From: Anthoceros angustus
Lineage: Eukaryota > Plantae > Anthocerotophyta
Length of the DNA stretch: 64,000 nucleotides
NCBI GenBank assembly: GCA_010909165.1
Contig: MU008160.1
Coordinates: 930,001-994,000, forward strand
Reading direction: 5' to 3'
This document shows positions 59,925 to 64,000 of this stretch, one piece after another. Position numbers and translations under genes: made by a program. Under the pieces are notes generated by a model. It searched no databases and was not told the DNA's origin. It saw only the letters and a list, made by a program, of their open reading frames with translations. How positions within the stretch are numbered: position 1 is the stretch's first letter; the number at the start of each line of letters is the position of its first letter.

Positions 59925-60033
59925 GATGCGTACGAAGGTATTCGAAGAGACTACCGCGGGGAGCACCCCCGCTCTTGGAAATAATGTTCGCACGATACAT
60001 GATGCTCTGCTGTCATACCCCTACGGACGGGTT

Positions 60034-60042
60034 AAGAGGGAG
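60034..60042 (+). promoter_or_regulatory. Polypurine tract
   Basis: AAGAGGGAG abuts the 3' LTR. Confidence 0.85.
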
Positions 60043-60221
60043 TGTCAATAAAAAGAGTTTAACCCCGCCCTTGGGTTGTGTAAGTTAGGGCTAGTTATTT
60101 GTAACTTAGGGTTACACATACAATTTTGTATTTAACGGACACTTGTGTTTAATTTATTCATTTCGCTTCTTGTGCACTTGTGAGTGTTTGTGTACGAGAG
60201 CTTCCGCTTTATTTATTCTCA
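60043..60221 (+). repeat. 3' LTR
   Basis: Identical to 53414-53592 by eye. Confidence 0.97.
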
Positions 60222-60269
60222 GGCAATGGAAACCCGTTATCAAAAGAAAGCCACCATGGAGGAAAGGGG

Positions 60270-60760
60270 GAGACCCACCACATTCTGTTCTCGATGGCCA
60301 AGGAGAGCAGATTTCTTTTGTGTAGGGAGCACATATATACCCTACGCAATGGCGTGGTGCTGAGGGCGGATCTATTTCAAACCAGGGGGAGATCAAATCT
60401 CTGTTACAGATGTCATCGTAACGGACCCAACCCGAGACACCGTTTGTGAGCATGTCATCATCAACCCTCCAAGTTGGGCGGCGGAGGGATGCGCGACATC
60501 CAAAGTACATAAGTACACGCCTATGCAAGATGGCCCTGCCCTCATCCCCCTCGCCATCGAGACCCACGGGACCATGGGCAAGGATCTCGGACGGGTCATA
60601 AAGGATTGTGCTAAAGCCTACCACGGTCGACCGAGGGCTCGGCCGTGCATCCAGGCTTTCTGAATCGCACCAGCCTCTTTTTCTACCGCGATGAGGTTTC
60701 GCTTGGGCTTGGTTCAGCCTTTGGCCTGTTCTCTATCATATTGTAGCTATGGGGCCCTCC
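60270..60760 (+). mobile_element. Non-LTR retrotransposon relic, restriction-like endonuclease domain (CRE-like)
   Basis: LRADLF...VTDVIVTDP...AAEGCATSKVHKY...LIPLAIETHGTMG. Confidence 0.7.
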
Positions 60761-61969
60761 TCGACGACTCTGGGTCCCACCTACCTCGCTTTCCAACTGG
60801 AGGGCACGGTGTTGCTACGAATGATGCCGTTTTGCTACCCAAGCCAGATGCCAGGAGCCCACTCCCTTCCCCACGCAAGAGTGGAGGCGAGCTCAAGTAG
60901 GCCGAAACAGAGAATCCAAGAAGGCCCTCTACCGCCTTGCTTCTCCCGGAGAGAGGTCTCAAGGTCAGTAGCCTGGCCCACGTGGAGCGTGGAAAAAAGA
61001 GGCATGGCCGCCCTGGCCTCCGAGGATAAGGAATCCCTAGCCAACCTTAGGGAAACCTTCAAGGGGAAGGCCCCCTCCTGAATACCTGAGATGAAGTCCT
61101 CTACGATGGGGGAATCCCGGATTAAGAACTAAAAGACCAAGACGGGGGCAGAGAGGCCCTAGCTTCCACGGAAGGCCATCGACGTCAAAGCCTCCATGGC
61201 TAGCAGACCAGTGCTCCCAAAGGCAATAGGTAAACCCAGAGGCTTGTGGTACACTCGAAGGTGCCTGGCCAATGATGTCCCTAAGCACTTGCATAACTTA
61301 TTTATCGAAGTTCCCCAAGTTTATAAAAAATTGAGAGGAAGTTACTATTCTAGTAGGATATCTTGGCCCGATGCACGAACGATGCTAACCCAAGATGTCC
61401 CAAGGGCTTACATAACCTGCCTAAAACCTGTTTATCGAACTTTCCCAGCTCGATAAAAACTGGAAGCTCGATAGAGAGACTGGATAGAAGCAACCTTTCT
61501 AACAGTAGGCTCAAGATGTCACGCTTCGCAGAATTTTGAGGCATTTACCTCCTCACATCGTCACTGAAGAACCGCGTGACCTCAAGGTCCTCACCATGCT
61601 TGCGAGAAGCTGCAAGCTGTTGGCAGAGACGGGGAGGATGGCCATCATGATCTCACACGTACTGGCCCAAATAGAAGAAGCCCATCGAACATGGGTAGAT
61701 TTTAAGGCCATTGTGTTTGGCAGGTTTGTCCCGAAGACTTTTCCTCAGAAGCTTTTGCCAATTGTATCCCTGAGCGAATGCTTCCCCCTGATCTTGTATG
61801 AACACTAATTCCTGGATATGTCCGGTAGATCTTGTGGACTTCGTGTCACAAACACCTGCCATTCTGCACTTCTTTTGAGGATTCCAGCCACACGGCCGGC
61901 AAGCTCCAGGGAAAGCCACGGGCGTAGAGCTGGAAAAAAACATGCAGCGCTGGAAATCGCAAGCGAGCC

Positions 61970-64000
61970 ATGGTCGGTGGGGTAACTAGTGTTCTAGGAA
62001 GAGCTTCAGCACGTCTGCCTGCACCTTTGCCCCACAAGCAAGTGGGAAGGTGGTGCAATCTTGCCACACAGCCAGCCCGTCCAAGAGAATGTGCGGCTCC
62101 TGCTCCTGCTCCTGCTCCTGCTGCTGCCCCTGCTGGAGACAGATACTCTAGGGAGAGTCATGACCAGGAGAGGTTGTGGCTACAATTTTTCAGGACCCAA
62201 CACTGTGGTGGGATAACAGGCAAACTAAGAAGAGCCGTGGTTCGCCTGACTTCCGGCACAGGCAGTCCCACGAGGTCCTCTGGTTGAACAACTTTTACAA
62301 GCCAGGTTGGGTGGATGTGCGGGTTGCTGCTCTGGATATGCATATGGGTATAGTGAAGGATCTATGTCACGAGGGCCATGTCGCAGAGGCTGTTGAGGCT
62401 TTAGAGCGTCTGGTACGCACAGGGCATTGTATTTGCAAGTCTGTGGTTTACAGTCCTGAATAGATGTGTGGTGAAGAAGGATCTGGTTTTGGGTCGCCGT
62501 GTCCACGCTTTGACAGCTATGGCTGGGTATCAGTCGGACACGTTCTTGGCTTCCATATCCTGCGGATGTATGCTTCTCATGGCAGGTTGCAAGACGCGAT
62601 GCATGTTTTGTTTTGGTTGCGAACCAGATACTTTCACATGGTCTGCCATAATTTCTGCGCATGTTAAACAAGGACAAGACAAGCAGGCCATACAACTGTA
62701 TCATGGGATGTGCAGATCTGGTGTGAAGCCAGATTGCCATGTCTTTGTGGCGGCCCTTCAGGCTTGTGGAAGGGAGTCAGACTTGAGAACTGGGCAGCAA
62801 GTGCATGCGGATTTGCTGGCCAGTGGCGTTGAGCCTGATTTGTTTGTCTGTAACTCTGGTAAACATGTATGGCGCGGCAGCTTGGAAGATGCTCGGGAGT
62901 TTTGACAGACTTAGTCAGAAAAATGTGGTGACGTGGACTGCTCTGATAGCAGGATATTCTCAGCAGGGCATGGGGCAGGAAGCCTGCCTCTACAGTGCTA
63001 TGCAAGAGGAAGGCTTGGGTACCCAATTCTGTAACATTTGCGTGCCTCCTGCAGGCATGTGCTGTGGGCACCCCAGCATTGGATGAGGAAGGCTTCTTCA
63101 TTCACAAATTAGAGAACGAGGACATCAGGCTGATTTGTTTGTTGCCAACTGCTTGATGAGCATGTACGCAAAGTGTGGCAGCTTGGAAGATGCACACAGG
63201 GTGTTTGATGCTCTTGGTCACAAGGATGTTGTAACATGGAACACTATAATTGGGGGATATTCCCAGCAAGGCATGGGGCAGGAAGCCCTGTGTCTATACA
63301 GTGCTATGCAAGAAGACGGCCTTGTGGCACCCGACTCTGTGACATTTGTATCCCTGTTGCAGGCATGTGCAGGTGTGGGTGCACCGGCATTGATGCAGGG
63401 AAAGGAGCTTCATGCACAGATTACAGCACGTGGACTTGAAGCTGATGTATTTGTATCCAATAGCATGGTGACCATGTATGCTAAGTGTGGCAGCTTGGAA
63501 GATGCGCAAAGAGTGTTTGACAGACTTGGGCAAAAAAATGTGGTGACGTGGACTGCCATGATATCAGGGTATTCCCAGCAGGGCATGGGGCATGAGTCCC
63601 TCCGGCTGTACAGTGATATGCAAGATGCAGGCGTTGCTGTCCCCAATTCAGTTACATTCTTGTCTCTTTTGCAGGCATGTGCAAGTGTGGGCGCCCTTGC
63701 ATTGGAAAAGGGGAAGCACCTTCATTGGCAAATTGGGGAACAAGGATATCAAGCTGATGTGTTGGTAGCCAACAGTGTGGTGAACATGTATGCAAAGTGT
63801 GGTAGTTTGGAAGATGCGCAAAGAGTGTTTGATGCACTTGTTCATAAGGATGTCGTGACGTGGAATGCTATGATTGGAGGATATTCCCAGCAAGGCATGG
63901 GGCAGGAAGCCCTCCAGCTTTACAGTGTGATGCAAGAAGATGGCATTTCTTTCCCTGACAACATAACATTCATGTGCCTCCTGCAGGCATGTGCAATTGT
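61970..64000 (+). pseudogene. Third PDF-PLS PPR gene, frameshifted in its 5' part and running off the window
   Basis: LWLQFF/QDPTLWWDNRQTKKSRGSPDFRHRQSHEVLWLNNFYKPGWV, followed by P-L-S motifs (MYAKCGSLEDA.RVFD, DVVTW..I.GYSQQGMGQEAL). Confidence 0.85.

Larger units (their letters stand above)
53414..60221 (+). mobile_element. Full-length Ty1/copia LTR retrotransposon, recent insertion
   Basis: Identical 179-bp TG..CA LTRs, 5-bp TSD GGCAA (53409-53413 and 60222-60226), PBS, PPT and gag-PR-IN-RT-RH order. Confidence 0.97.

Noticed and set aside
53414-60221. Sirevirus assignment based on the env-like ORF
   Set aside because: LTRs are only 179 bp and the extra ORF is antisense; lineage needs an RT phylogeny.

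Overview
Eukaryotic plant nuclear DNA, most likely a hornwort (Anthoceros-like) or another U-to-C-editing seedless plant; this is inferred from DYW:KP deaminase domains ending in GRP. Host genes: the 3' part of an FG-nucleoporin, three intronless PLS-class PPR genes (4406-7903 intact; 9949-13912 and 61970->64000 frameshifted), EXORDIUM/PHI-1, a secreted Gnk2/DUF26-like protein and a 7-exon LSD1/LOL1 zinc-finger gene. Over half the window is mobile DNA: a ~19.6-kb giant TIR element with perfect TIRs and a TSD, a second element with related termini and an IS3/IS481-like transposase relic, a young Ty1/copia element with identical LTRs, and LINE/SINE relics. Top leads: (1) all three PPR proteins carry an N-terminal OSB-type PDF ssDNA-binding motif, fused in the two complete genes to a PLS array and a DYW:KP deaminase; (2) the giant transposon; (3) a copia antisense TM/coiled-coil ORF split by a stop in a CARYYA readthrough context. 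Many frameshifts may be long-read assembly errors.
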